Origin: a virus
IMG/VR virus record: IMGVR_UViG_3300044643_002008
Coordinates: 1-64,000 of that record
Strand: one strand, 5' to 3'
Length of the DNA: 64,000 nucleotides
The notes beneath the pieces were generated by a model, which was given only the letters and a program-made list of their open reading frames with translations, was not told the DNA's origin and made no database searches. Position 1 is the stretch's first letter. Each line of letters starts with the position of its first letter. Both the position numbers and the translations under genes were made by a program. This document shows positions 40,948 through 50,763 of this stretch, in pieces.

Positions 40948-43900
40948 TATCTTCTCTCCCTCCAGTTTCTTTGAGCTTTTGATATCTCGTTCATAACGAC
41001 TCTTGCTATTTCTTGCTCGCTTTGGCCTTCTGATGCGTACACGTTTATTGTTACAGCTCCGCCGCTTGGTTGCTGATTAGCAGTCGGTGCAACTTGGCCT
41101 ATTCTAGAAGTTCCAGAGTCTCCGACTGGCGAAGAAGGAGGCACAACATGTAGATGCCTTGAACCGCCCCCACCGTGAAATTCTGCAAAACCTCCGGCTT
41201 TATTGATTGTTGTTGCATATTGACCCAAGTTCTGGCCAGTTAAGTCATACGCATTTCCTGTTACGTGGTCAGAGCTAGGCGAGCCAAGTCCGTAGTTTCT
41301 CCATGCTGAAGTAACCGTGCGTTTGCCAGTCATTGTTGAATCAAAATAATTGTGTCGTGACATAGTACGACCAAGACGAGAAGACACGGTATCCCCAACA
41401 GCCGAAGCACGAGGAGAGGACGTGTCCTTCGGGTCCCACCATGTTGGTTTTTCGTTCCACCATTTTGGAGCCTGGTCAAAACCGGTGCCAATCGCGGCAA
41501 CAATGTCTGTCTTAAGCTTTTCCTGCTGTGTTGTTAGCTGGTCGGTAATTGTCCCCGCTGTGCTTTCTTTCAAACCACCAAGGGCAGAAATATCAACACC
41601 CATTCCAATAAGGTTTGCTGAAATTTCTTGCGAGTTACTGCCAAGGCCACTTCCGCTTTGCAAAAATGCTTCAATCTTTCTTGCATTTGCCTGGACAGCT
41701 GGGTCTGTCGATTTATACATTGTCTCAAGCTGGGACTGTATTCCGGCAAAACCTTCTGCACCTTTAGTAAACTCAAATCCACCCTGGTTCATTAACTGTG
41801 TCAGGGCTTGTGTTCTGTTTTGAGCAAGATTTGATGCCTGTGCATTAATTAGCTGGTCGTATTGAGGACCAGCATTTGCAATAAAATCTGCACGACCAAC
41901 GTTAGCTAAGTGTCCACCGGCTTGAAACTGAGTACCTCCTTCGCCATACATCCCCTGCAAGGTATACATCTGCGATAAAGGGTCTTCAGGGTTTGTGTTG
42001 GCCAGGTATTCAGAAGTTTTTTGAAGAAGCCCAATGTAGTCGTCTCTTGAGCCAGTACCAGCAGATGCAATACCTTGACCGGCTGCATTCATTGCGCTAG
42101 TTAGTTTTTCCGTTTCAAACATATCATCGAAAACACGGTTAGCCCTAAGAAGGGCGTCTGTTCCAGAGGCTGCCAGACCCTCCACCGTAAGGTCCATTTG
42201 CTGACCAAGTCCGCTAATAGCATCTGTCAATTTAAGCGTTGGCTCATAAAGGTTTACACCCATGCTTTGAGCTAGCTCCATTATCTCTTTTCTAGATTTG
42301 CCAGTAGAACCTTGTAGGCCATTCATCAGATTCTCAAAAGAACCAGACAGAGACTTTGTAACAACATCGGTATCTGTAGCGATTGTTTGAAGTTCGTCGC
42401 CAAATGTCCCCTTGTGCTGTCTTGCTCTCTGTGCCTGGGTGTTTGTAATTGTTCCTTTTCTCTCCAGGTCGGTTATGTAGGAATCTTGCTCTGATGCAGA
42501 CATGGATTTAAATCTTGACGCCCTGGTAAGCATTGCTCCAGCAACGCCTTTTGCTCCAGTTGTATCTCCAGTAATAAACTTAGATACAACGTCACCAAGG
42601 CTTTTGGCAGAAACTGATTTTGCTGCTTCTTTTGCAACATTTTTTTCAGCTTTTTTACCGCCAAAGAATCCAACGATTCCGCCAACAACCGTTCCAACGA
42701 GAGCTCCAACAGCGGTTCCGATTACTGGGACAAACGAGCCAACAGCAGCACCAAGGGCAGCACCAGAGGCCATACCTGTCAACGCTCCACCGCCTGCAGT
42801 TCTTGCTCCTGTACCTTTTGCAAGGTTTACAAGAGTTCCTGCACCCATCGCTCCAAGACCGAGCATTGGGTTTACAGCCATCAGGCCTGCACCCATATTT
42901 ATGGCTCCGGCGTTTTCCTTCATGAAAGAAGGGGCCATGCCCGAGTTGGTGAGAGCTGAAATAGCCATACCACCAACCATGCCCCCCATTCCAAATCCAC
43001 CTTTAAACCCTGCTTTTGCTCTTGCTATTTTTGCTTTTCTGCCGGTTAATTGGTTTGGGTTTGCTACATATCCACCCTTTGTTACATACGAACCAAGATT
43101 TTGGTCATATACGGCTCCAGGAGTTCCGGCCGCAACCCTATTTACCTTTTGGTCGTCGTATATGTTTTGATTGTGGAAATCCCACTCTGCTTTTGCTATT
43201 CTTCGAGATTCCGATGGGTTGAACTGTGAGCCAACGAAACTTGCAGCGCTCAGGAGCTTCGAGTTTCTTCCGCCGCGGAAAATTCTTCCGCCTAGCCGCC
43301 CTCCGCTTATTCTTGTTCTAGTGGCATCAACGTTTCTTCTTCCCGCAGATATTGGGTTTCCATTAGCGTCCAGCATTGCTTGCCCGGTAGTGGGGTCAAA
43401 ATCGTAAAGACCTTGCCCTGCATACATCGGTAGCCCCATCATCGACATGGCGGCATTACCCATGTGCTGATACTTGTTTTGAGCTTTGCCGCCGCCCATT
43501 CTGGCAGCTCTTTGAGCGCTTCTTCTTCCCTTAAAGGCGCCGTATCCTGCAATACCCATAAGCATTTCGCCACCAAAAGGTATTCTCGCAATTAGCTCAA
43601 CAACTTTTGTTACAGCGCTAATAATTTTGCTTACAACGTCAAGTATTTGATTTATCGTAGGAAGCGCGGCAACAAATGCTTCTTTAAACTTTTGAGCGAA
43701 AAGCATGAGCTGGTCGACGACCTTGCCCAAACCTTCACCAAAACCTATAAAGTCATCTTTATTTTCGACAGCAAGTTGAGCAAAAGCTTTTACGTTTTCG
43801 CCAATACCTTTAAACAATTCCTTAAGAGGTATTCCAAACATATCAATAACAATTGACCCACCTTCTCTTAGTTCGTTAAGGGTGTCTTTTGTTGACTGAA

Positions 43901-45140
43901 ATATACTTTTAAACTGGAGCCACCAGCCCTTTATCTGTCCAAGCATTCCTTCTGACTGAGGCAAATACTTGTCAAAAAGCTTTACGGTAAAGTCTGTAAT
44001 TTTCTCAACCGCCTTAACGATTGTCGGAAGGAAACTGCCCTCTCCAAACTTTGTTATTCCGGGGGCTATTCTTTGTATGCCGTTTCTTACAATGTTGAAT
44101 ATTTCAGCTAATGCTTTTTTTGCTGGCGCTAGGAGTGGTGTTCCGATATCCCCAAACAGGCCTACGAGAAGTGTCTTGTACTTCTTGAACAGCCCAACAA
44201 GTGTTCCTTCAACTGCGTCTGCAGCACCAGTAACACCTCCAGCTTTTGACATGTCGCCAGAAAGTATCGAGCTGAAGATTTCGTTTACTCCGCCACCGCT
44301 CTTCTTGATTTTCTTAAAAGCTTTTTCAAATTCTGGCCCGATAGCCTTAGCTGCTGCACTTACTTTGGCGGTAACTTTTCCTTCTTTTTGAAGAAGGCCT
44401 ACAAACTCACCTATTCCTGCAAGGTTTTTACCGGGGTCGCCACCTATTGCTGCAAAGTCTCTCAGGGCTCTAATTACCTGCTGTGACTTGCCGGTAAACT
44501 GACTGTTTTTACTTACTGCAGCAAACGCGGCATTGAGGTTTTCTACACCAAATACGGCAAGTTCAGTGTCGTTTGTAAGGTTTCTTAGTTGCGCCATGCT
44601 GTGGTTCATTGCGGAACCAAATAAGGGTGTTGCTTTTTGAGTGTGAGCAAACTGAGCTGCCGTATACTCTCTCTGCGCTGCTGCGGCTATAGCGAGGGCA
44701 GCTCCGACGGCAGCAGCGGCAGCAGCAACTCCACCCATCGACCATTTATATGCCTTCATTATTGCATTGCCAATAGTAAAAGCAGCATTGACTAGCATTA
44801 GTGAGCCAGCGGTTACGGCAAACTCTATGCCAAGACCGATAACCGCAAACATCAATACTCTTGCGACTTTGGCAAATTGTGAAAAGCCCCTAGTCCCTTT
44901 GCTCATGTACTGCTGAAGAACTTGCTGTTTTTGACCCAGGTTCGTTGTTGCTGCTGCGTTTTGTCTTAGCTGTTTAGTGGATGCAGACATTGAGCCACTA
45001 AGTTGTGTAAAGCCTTTTGACGTCCTGTTGACTCTTTTTTCCAGAGCCTTGGACTGAGCGCCAAGTGTCGCCATCTTTGCAGACAGCTTTTCAAAGCCCT
45101 GTCCGGCAACCCTGACAACTACGTTTTCAACTTCTGCCAT
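40947..45140 (-). CDS. Tape measure protein with a C-terminal M15-like peptidase domain
   Basis: 1397 aa, Ala/Gly helical; follows the chaperone genes; TS.WR..SDHVTGNAYD...HLHV. Confidence 0.9.
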   Translation of the reverse strand: MAEVENVVVRVAGQGFEKLSAKMATLGAQSKALEKRVNRTSKGFTQLSGSMSASTKQLRQNAAATTNLGQKQQVLQQYMSKGTRGFSQFAKVARVLMFAVIGLGIEFAVTAGSLMLVNAAFTIGNAIMKAYKWSMGGVAAAAAAVGAALAIAAAAQREYTAAQFAHTQKATPLFGSAMNHSMAQLRNLTNDTELAVFGVENLNAAFAAVSKNSQFTGKSQQVIRALRDFAAIGGDPGKNLAGIGEFVGLLQKEGKVTAKVSAAAKAIGPEFEKAFKKIKKSGGGVNEIFSSILSGDMSKAGGVTGAADAVEGTLVGLFKKYKTLLVGLFGDIGTPLLAPAKKALAEIFNIVRNGIQRIAPGITKFGEGSFLPTIVKAVEKITDFTVKLFDKYLPQSEGMLGQIKGWWLQFKSIFQSTKDTLNELREGGSIVIDMFGIPLKELFKGIGENVKAFAQLAVENKDDFIGFGEGLGKVVDQLMLFAQKFKEAFVAALPTINQILDVVSKIISAVTKVVELIARIPFGGEMLMGIAGYGAFKGRRSAQRAARMGGGKAQNKYQHMGNAAMSMMGLPMYAGQGLYDFDPTTGQAMLDANGNPISAGRRNVDATRTRISGGRLGGRIFRGGRNSKLLSAASFVGSQFNPSESRRIAKAEWDFHNQNIYDDQKVNRVAAGTPGAVYDQNLGSYVTKGGYVANPNQLTGRKAKIARAKAGFKGGFGMGGMVGGMAISALTNSGMAPSFMKENAGAINMGAGLMAVNPMLGLGAMGAGTLVNLAKGTGARTAGGGALTGMASGAALGAAVGSFVPVIGTAVGALVGTVVGGIVGFFGGKKAEKNVAKEAAKSVSAKSLGDVVSKFITGDTTGAKGVAGAMLTRASRFKSMSASEQDSYITDLERKGTITNTQAQRARQHKGTFGDELQTIATDTDVVTKSLSGSFENLMNGLQGSTGKSRKEIMELAQSMGVNLYEPTLKLTDAISGLGQQMDLTVEGLAASGTDALLRANRVFDDMFETEKLTSAMNAAGQGIASAGTGSRDDYIGLLQKTSEYLANTNPEDPLSQMYTLQGMYGEGGTQFQAGGHLANVGRADFIANAGPQYDQLINAQASNLAQNRTQALTQLMNQGGFEFTKGAEGFAGIQSQLETMYKSTDPAVQANARKIEAFLQSGSGLGSNSQEISANLIGMGVDISALGGLKESTAGTITDQLTTQQEKLKTDIVAAIGTGFDQAPKWWNEKPTWWDPKDTSSPRASAVGDTVSSRLGRTMSRHNYFDSTMTGKRTVTSAWRNYGLGSPSSDHVTGNAYDLTGQNLGQYATTINKAGGFAEFHGGGGSRHLHVVPPSSPVGDSGTSRIGQVAPTANQQPSGGAVTINVYASEGQSEQEIARVVMNEISKAQRNWRERR

Positions 45141-45155
45141 ACGACATCCTATTTA

Positions 45156-45344
45156 CTAAGTCGCAGCATTCTGCTCTTCGTTGTCGGCCTCAATAACTTT
45201 AGCACATGCGTGCCTAATTAGCCATTCTTCTTCAGAACAACGCAGTATTTCTACGGGGTCAGTGCCAAAGGCTTTTCCCATTCTCGCCGCGGAAATAATC
45301 CGCGAGTCCTTAACTAATTCGTCAAGGACTATTTCGTAGGGTTT
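45156..45344 (-). CDS. Tail assembly chaperone -1 frameshift extension (gpGT-like)
   Basis: The -1 frame is open for 62 codons from the heptamer (PYEIVLDELVKDSRIISAARMG...NAAT) and ends 15 nt before the tape measure ATG. Confidence 0.8.
   Translation of the reverse strand, partial: KPYEIVLDELVKDSRIISAARMGKAFGTDPVEILRCSEEEWLIRHACAKVIEADNEEQNAAT
45305..45344 (-). promoter_or_regulatory. Programmed -1 ribosomal frameshift signal
   Basis: A AAC CCT heptamer (45344-45338), 7-nt spacer, then stem AGTCCTTGAC/GTTAAGGACT with a 6-nt loop. Confidence 0.8.
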
Positions 45345-45835
45345 TCCTTTTCCGCCTCAATCGTGTCCCCATATCCAGCCGAGTCAATAATCGCAAGAGC
45401 GGCAGACTCGAGGTGTGGGTCGAGACCAAAGAATGTCTGAACGCAGTCAGGAATGGCTCGAGTTGCGCCCGTCATTGAAAGTACAGATGGTGAGGCAAAG
45501 CCAAGAGGCTTACCAGATTCGAAAACTTCCTGATTATTAAAATAGATGCCACGAGTGGTTTGTCCAATAACGGTACAGGCAAACTTGACCGCATCAAGAC
45601 CGTTCTTTGACTCTGAACCACAGCTTCGCTGCCATGCGCGGAGTTGGTTTTGGGAGATGTTTGGGCTAACAAGAAGCTTTACACCTGGGCGTTCAGGAAC
45701 ATCAATAAAGATTTCCGGACGAGATACCTTTTTAGATATAACGTCTTTTAGTTGGTCAAGAATGGTTTCCTCACTAGCGTCAAGGACACTTGTTGAGTTT
45801 TCTTCTTCTGGGATGAAATACAGTTCGTCTGTCAT
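45329..45835 (-). CDS. Tail assembly chaperone (gpG-like)
   Basis: Between the tube and tape measure genes; ends at the slippery site. Confidence 0.8.
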   Translation of the reverse strand: MTDELYFIPEEENSTSVLDASEETILDQLKDVISKKVSRPEIFIDVPERPGVKLLVSPNISQNQLRAWQRSCGSESKNGLDAVKFACTVIGQTTRGIYFNNQEVFESGKPLGFASPSVLSMTGATRAIPDCVQTFFGLDPHLESAALAIIDSAGYGDTIEAEKENPTK

Positions 45836-45882
45836 GGAGTGAACACTATCACGACATATCTGCTATGCAGTGAACGTATTAA

Positions 45883-46368
45883 CTATCGACCAGGAGTTGC
45901 GGTGCTTCCCTGAGAAGGTACACCGGATATTGCAAACGTAAGTGCGTACGTTGCTGGGGCACCTGAAGAAGAGTCACCTTCTGGCTCGGTTACACCAACA
46001 AGCAAAGCCTTTGAATAAATGCGCTCGGACTGGAAGTTAGCTATGTCGCAATCAGCATCGTAGATTTTGATTGTGTAGTAGGCACGGCCTACAACTTGAC
46101 GAGCCTCGTGCAGCTTCACTCTCTCAGCGTCTGAGTAGTGCTTCGTAACGGTGATGTCGCCAACTTCTGCTGGGGCACAAAGCGTTTCAGGGAAAGCCTG
46201 TCCGCCAAGGTAGATTTTTTCTACCGACGCGGTTATTTCTCCACCTGAAACCTGGGCAAAGAAGAGTCCAGCTTCAGTGTTGCTACCAATAGCTGGTCCT
46301 GCTGTACCAGCACTGGAGTCTGGCGTTATTTCGGCCAATACCTGGCGCTGTGAAATTCTTTTTGTCAT
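45883..46368 (-). CDS. Tail tube protein
   Basis: Follows the sheath gene; F.QVSGG, DITVTK, P.GDSSS. Confidence 0.8.
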   Translation of the reverse strand: MTKRISQRQVLAEITPDSSAGTAGPAIGSNTEAGLFFAQVSGGEITASVEKIYLGGQAFPETLCAPAEVGDITVTKHYSDAERVKLHEARQVVGRAYYTIKIYDADCDIANFQSERIYSKALLVGVTEPEGDSSSGAPATYALTFAISGVPSQGSTATPGR

Positions 46369-46380
46369 TTTTTACCTCAA

Positions 46381-47844
46381 TTAAACGAGCGAAGATGTAA
46401 GTGATGATTTTGTGACTTCGACCTCAATCTTGTCACCTATTCCAGTAACGCGTGCTCCGACTTTTGCAACAATCTTGCCTTCTGCAAGCTGTGTAACTGG
46501 GTTGAGTGCGTCTGAAACAACTACGGAATATCCTGCATCTATCTGATTTCCGTTTACATCAAAAGCTGGGAAAAGTCCGCCAGCTTTTGCGATGGGGTCA
46601 AGAATCCCCGTCAGAGTCGAGGCAACGCGAGCGAAAATTGTTCTACGGCCATCGATTGGCTGGAAGAGGAGGGTTTCAAGGTCTCGTTCTGCCAGGTAGA
46701 CGATGTAGTTAAGAACTTCTTGCCCGGTGATGAAGCGGAAGTTATCGACGTCTGTCGACATTGAACGAGCACCGTAGATACGAAGGCTTCCTTGCACGAT
46801 GCGGATGGCGTTTACGTTTCCTAGGTCAACCGTGTCTGTGTCTTCTTTTGATACGACGGTCTCAAGACCGACTACGTAAGAAGCTGCGCCTGCTTCGCCG
46901 GCATATGGGTACCAGACTCCACGAGAGTTTTGAGTTGCCGCTCTGCGACCAGCTACGAATCCTTCTGGTGGAATCGTCATGGTGAGTGCGCCGTTTGGCA
47001 CCTTAACCCAGGGCCAGTAGATGGCGAGGTGCTCTGAGTTTTCATCGCCTCGGTATCCAGAAGCAGATGTAACTGCGTTTGCTGCGCTGCTTCCGGCTGG
47101 AACGCTTGAGAGCGCAATTCTATGGTTGGTGTTTGCGTTTGCAACGAGAGCGTCAACCGTGACCGTGTCATAGTACCCAGGAGCCATCAGTGAACCAGGT
47201 CCAAGGTCGTATGTGAAGTATCCAAGTGCCGCAACTACGTTTGCTGCCGCAACTGTGGCTCCATCGTCTCCGGAGCTAAAGTTTTTACCATCAATAGCTA
47301 CAGGAATTGTTGTTCCAGTAGAAGCGGCTGTTACATAAAGTCCAGCAACTGGGCTGTTGTTGATTTCGTTAATAAAATCAGCTTTGGTTGCGGAGGTGTA
47401 TGTTCCAGAAGTGTAAACCTCTTCGCCGTCCAAAAGAATGACTACCTTAAAGGTTGTGAGTGAAGGGTTTGTTACAGTTGCTTCAAGAACACCATCATGA
47501 GCCCATTCACCAGTGCCTGCTGCTGTAAGTGTTATTGCAGTTGTTGGCTCAGTAGCGTTGTTTAAAAGAACACACGTTGCTGGTTCGGAACCGGTACCGA
47601 CAGCGCGAGATACGTAAATACGCGCTCCGCCTTCTTCAAAGAATGTCTTCACAGTCTGGTGAACGTATCCAGCAGAGGTGTAACCACCATAAAGTGCCTC
47701 ATACTGAGCAAAGCTAGAAATCAAGGTCGCAGAACCAGATGGGCCGCGACTTGTGACACCAGCAACAAAAGCAGTAGCTGTTGGAATGACTTGAACCGCT
47801 GTTGGCCCTGTTCTTACTGCTGTTGTAACGACTACACCTGGCAT
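46381..47844 (-). CDS. Tail sheath protein
   Basis: MPGVVV, FFEEGG..YVSR, YWPW, PP.G.VAG, VNAIR, IYGARS; GGAGG RBS. Confidence 0.93.
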   Translation of the reverse strand: MPGVVVTTAVRTGPTAVQVIPTATAFVAGVTSRGPSGSATLISSFAQYEALYGGYTSAGYVHQTVKTFFEEGGARIYVSRAVGTGSEPATCVLLNNATEPTTAITLTAAGTGEWAHDGVLEATVTNPSLTTFKVVILLDGEEVYTSGTYTSATKADFINEINNSPVAGLYVTAASTGTTIPVAIDGKNFSSGDDGATVAAANVVAALGYFTYDLGPGSLMAPGYYDTVTVDALVANANTNHRIALSSVPAGSSAANAVTSASGYRGDENSEHLAIYWPWVKVPNGALTMTIPPEGFVAGRRAATQNSRGVWYPYAGEAGAASYVVGLETVVSKEDTDTVDLGNVNAIRIVQGSLRIYGARSMSTDVDNFRFITGQEVLNYIVYLAERDLETLLFQPIDGRRTIFARVASTLTGILDPIAKAGGLFPAFDVNGNQIDAGYSVVVSDALNPVTQLAEGKIVAKVGARVTGIGDKIEVEVTKSSLTSSLV

Positions 47845-47897
47845 ACTGTTCCTCCGTCCCAAATGGAACTATTAAAATAAAACCTAACTGATTATAG

Positions 47898-48263
47898 TTA
47901 GATGTCTGTTGTTTCTATTGCAACTACTGAATCTTCTTGTTTTGTTTCTTCTGTAGCTACGGCTTCTATCAATTCTGATTCAGCAGTTTCGGCTGCTGTT
48001 TCTGCCTTTTTGTATTTTTTTCCACTTTTTGCATCGTTTTGTGCAACTTCTTTTTCAGAAGAGGAAAAATCATAAACAGCAAGAAATCCATTTCTGGCAG
48101 CTATTTCAATGTGCATGTTTTCGATAGCGATAACTGCCTCGCCTGGTCCGATGTAATCCCCTGTGAAGTTGACTTGAATCGGTCTGTCTGTCTCATTGAC
48201 ATACTGCGTCATTCCATTGCATCCGGATGGAATTGAAGTTTGCGGTGTTTTAAAAATTTTCAT
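47898..48263 (-). CDS. Hypothetical protein
   Basis: Low-complexity C-terminus; upstream of the sheath gene. Confidence 0.6.
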   Translation of the reverse strand: MKIFKTPQTSIPSGCNGMTQYVNETDRPIQVNFTGDYIGPGEAVIAIENMHIEIAARNGFLAVYDFSSSEKEVAQNDAKSGKKYKKAETAAETAESELIEAVATEETKQEDSVVAIETTDI

Positions 48264-48268
48264 AACTT

Positions 48269-48859
48269 TTAGGCCTCTAGCTGATTTATCGTCATTGCTG
48301 TAAAGTCTATTTCATCAAGCATTCCGTATGGTTCGCGCGTGATTACTTCTTCTAGCTCTATATCATAACCTAAATAAGCACCAGCCATTACACGGTCACC
48401 CTTTAATAGCGTTAATTCAGAAAACTCTTCTGTTAATGTTTCCTCTAGTATTTTTGCGCTTCTTGTTGTGTACGCCCTTGACAAACATGGGTGGTCAAGA
48501 AGGGCGGACCTCACAACCGTTGTTAGCTGGTCTCTCATCAGCGTTGCGGCCTCTGAGCCCTCTGTTCTAACCCAGACGTACGTACGCATTCCGTAAATGA
48601 CCGTGTACATCGGGTCGTTGTTTCCGACGTAGTTCTCTCGCTCAAATCTCTTTGTGGATATAGCGACAGTAATGATTGTTGGCCATTCATCAAGAGCTAG
48701 TGGCTCGTACGTTATGTACTTTTCCGGGGAAGGAAGCGCCGTTGAGTCAAGATTCCATGAGTTTCTGTATCTGATGATTCTTTGCGGAATATCTTTCTCC
48801 AGGTACCCGTTGACATATTGCTTAGCAAACTGAGCGCCAAACATTGTTTCTAGCGTCAT
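48269..48859 (-). CDS. Putative tail terminator/completion protein
   Basis: Synteny after the neck genes; WPTI. Confidence 0.55.
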   Translation of the reverse strand: MTLETMFGAQFAKQYVNGYLEKDIPQRIIRYRNSWNLDSTALPSPEKYITYEPLALDEWPTIITVAISTKRFERENYVGNNDPMYTVIYGMRTYVWVRTEGSEAATLMRDQLTTVVRSALLDHPCLSRAYTTRSAKILEETLTEEFSELTLLKGDRVMAGAYLGYDIELEEVITREPYGMLDEIDFTAMTINQLEA

Positions 48860-49320
48860 GTGACTTCTCCCTGCACAACCCAAGAGGCGTAAGATGAGCC
48901 AACCCATTCAGCAAACTTCCTAGGAACAAACACTATTTGACGCTTTGGCATCTTTTCTGTCCCCATCTGATGAAACTTTGCGTAAGAAACTGTAGTCCCA
49001 AATTCAAACTCGGTATTGGACATGCGGAGGGCGGTGTTGGAGAGGTTTGCAAGGCTTGAAAACAGCCGACCAGTTCTAACCATTGGCGGAGCGCCAGGGA
49101 ACGCAACTGCCTTCCATGAGCCATATTGGGCATCAAGTGGAGCCCATCCGCCCGCTAGAAGCCCATTAGATGCAAAGTTTGCAGCGTTTGACATTTCCAG
49201 ACGCGTCTTAGCCTCTGGAAGCAATGGAAGCATCGTCAGGGCCCGTGAGGACATCTTGAAAAGCTTTTTGTCAAGGTTCCCAATGTCTATGCTGACAGAC
49301 AGTTTTACCTTGTCGCTCAT
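48856..49320 (-). CDS. Virion morphogenesis (Mu gpG-like neck) protein
   Basis: WAPL, RTGRL.SL, FGT.V.YAKFHQ.GT.KMP.R. Confidence 0.85.
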   Translation of the reverse strand: MSDKVKLSVSIDIGNLDKKLFKMSSRALTMLPLLPEAKTRLEMSNAANFASNGLLAGGWAPLDAQYGSWKAVAFPGAPPMVRTGRLFSSLANLSNTALRMSNTEFEFGTTVSYAKFHQMGTEKMPKRQIVFVPRKFAEWVGSSYASWVVQGEVT

Positions 49321-49940
49321 GCGATACGACGCCTTCTCCATCGCTTGATGGCCATAAGCTCCTTTTCAAGAAACCCAGTCTCCATTGGGGCAACGCCGCG
49401 TGGATTAAGGTCCTTTACGCCTACAACGTCGTCATGCATGTTCTGCATTTCTCTTGTAGCTGCGCGAAGAATCATGAGTTTAAATACGTGGATTTGGTCT
49501 CCGTCTAGACCTGCTGTGTAGGTGACAGTTACTTCGTCATTAGGCATGGCCCGGTACATGTCAATTCCATAACGGTGAACTATGTAGTCTCTTTCGAACA
49601 TCTGAACAACAGCATCACCCTCTGGGGTTCTCAGGGAAACCTCAGAAACGGAGATTATTGGAGTGTTACGAAGATAAACAGTAGCTGGCGTCAGCATGTA
49701 GGGAAGCGTTGTTCCGGTTGTGTCTAGCGTGTAGTCATAGAAGAATGAGGCTTGAGGGACTGACCGGAATTCGCCGGCGATTATGTGAACTTCTTCAAAT
49801 TCGTCAACCTCTATAGGTCTACGCAAATAGCCCTCTAGTTCACTTTGAAGCCCAAGCAGGACCATCTCTGCGGCATCTCTTTGTCTGTTTGTTAAAGAGA
49901 TGTCCATATATGTAATTAGGTCACTTATGGACACAAGCAT
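49317..49940 (-). CDS. Head-tail adaptor (gp6/gp15-like)
   Basis: LVS.SDL.Y, E.YL.R, V.VTYTAG. Confidence 0.8.
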   Translation of the reverse strand: MLVSISDLITYMDISLTNRQRDAAEMVLLGLQSELEGYLRRPIEVDEFEEVHIIAGEFRSVPQASFFYDYTLDTTGTTLPYMLTPATVYLRNTPIISVSEVSLRTPEGDAVVQMFERDYIVHRYGIDMYRAMPNDEVTVTYTAGLDGDQIHVFKLMILRAATREMQNMHDDVVGVKDLNPRGVAPMETGFLEKELMAIKRWRRRRIA

Positions 49941-49955
49941 TATTGCCTCTTATCT

Positions 49956-50156
49956 CTATCTTCGTCCCAGGGCGATGTCTCGACCCTCTGAAGCCAGCGC
50001 ACGGCCCTGCCCGGCACTTGTACGCACGCGATTGCCTCTTCCGTACTGGAGGCGGTCTGCAAGTCTATTCAGGGTATACGAAACAGCACGACGCCACCAT
50101 GGTGGTCTTTGCTCGCCGGTAAGTTCTTCGTCGTCTACATCGTTGGGGGGTGGCAC
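49956..50156 (-). CDS. Small Arg-rich hypothetical protein
   Basis: GGAGGT RBS before the GTG. Confidence 0.6.
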   Translation of the reverse strand: MPPPNDVDDEELTGEQRPPWWRRAVSYTLNRLADRLQYGRGNRVRTSAGQGRALASEGRDIALGRR

Positions 50157-50214
50157 TAGAAACCTCCGTAAAAGCCATTTGTTTCTAGGTTACCACTTTA
50201 AAAAGCCACGAAAG

Positions 50215-50763
50215 TTATCTATCGGGATTCGGCGGTTTCTCTATCTCGGCCATTTCTTCAGCTGAGCCTTTTGGTGCCTCGATAGGAACCCAAGCCCTGG
50301 AGTAGGTGTGTTCAGATATTTTGCGCTGCTTTATCACGGAGCTGTCCATCATTAATCCAATTTCAGCGTAGCTCATGTTAAATATTTCTTTTAGCTCGTC
50401 GATGTTGTATTTACCCGAATGGAACACATCCCGAACTATGACGGACATGTATTTTGCAACAATCTGTCCTCGACCCCTATTGAGCGAGATGTGCATAACC
50501 ATTGCGTCTATCGCGTCAACGTCCTGAAAGATGACTGGAATTTCCTTCTTGTCCCTCTTCATTATTCGCTTGTCGGACTGGGCGCAAACCCATCGGTGAA
50601 AACCGTCGATGATAAATCCTGTGGACTTCTGGACAATTATCGGTGAAACCCACCCGTAATCATGAAGAGAGTCGGCTAATACCTGGAGGTCTGGCTTTAG
50701 TACGTGAGTAGCTCGCCATGGCGCAGGCTTTATGGAGTCGAACTTTACGTTAGAGATTTGCAT
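50215..50763 (-). CDS. ParB/Srx N-terminal domain protein, IbrB-like
   Basis: L.DSL.YGW..PII, IIDGFHR, NRGRG. Confidence 0.85.
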   Translation of the reverse strand: MQISNVKFDSIKPAPWRATHVLKPDLQVLADSLHDYGWVSPIIVQKSTGFIIDGFHRWVCAQSDKRIMKRDKKEIPVIFQDVDAIDAMVMHISLNRGRGQIVAKYMSVIVRDVFHSGKYNIDELKEIFNMSYAEIGLMMDSSVIKQRKISEHTYSRAWVPIEAPKGSAEEMAEIEKPPNPDR

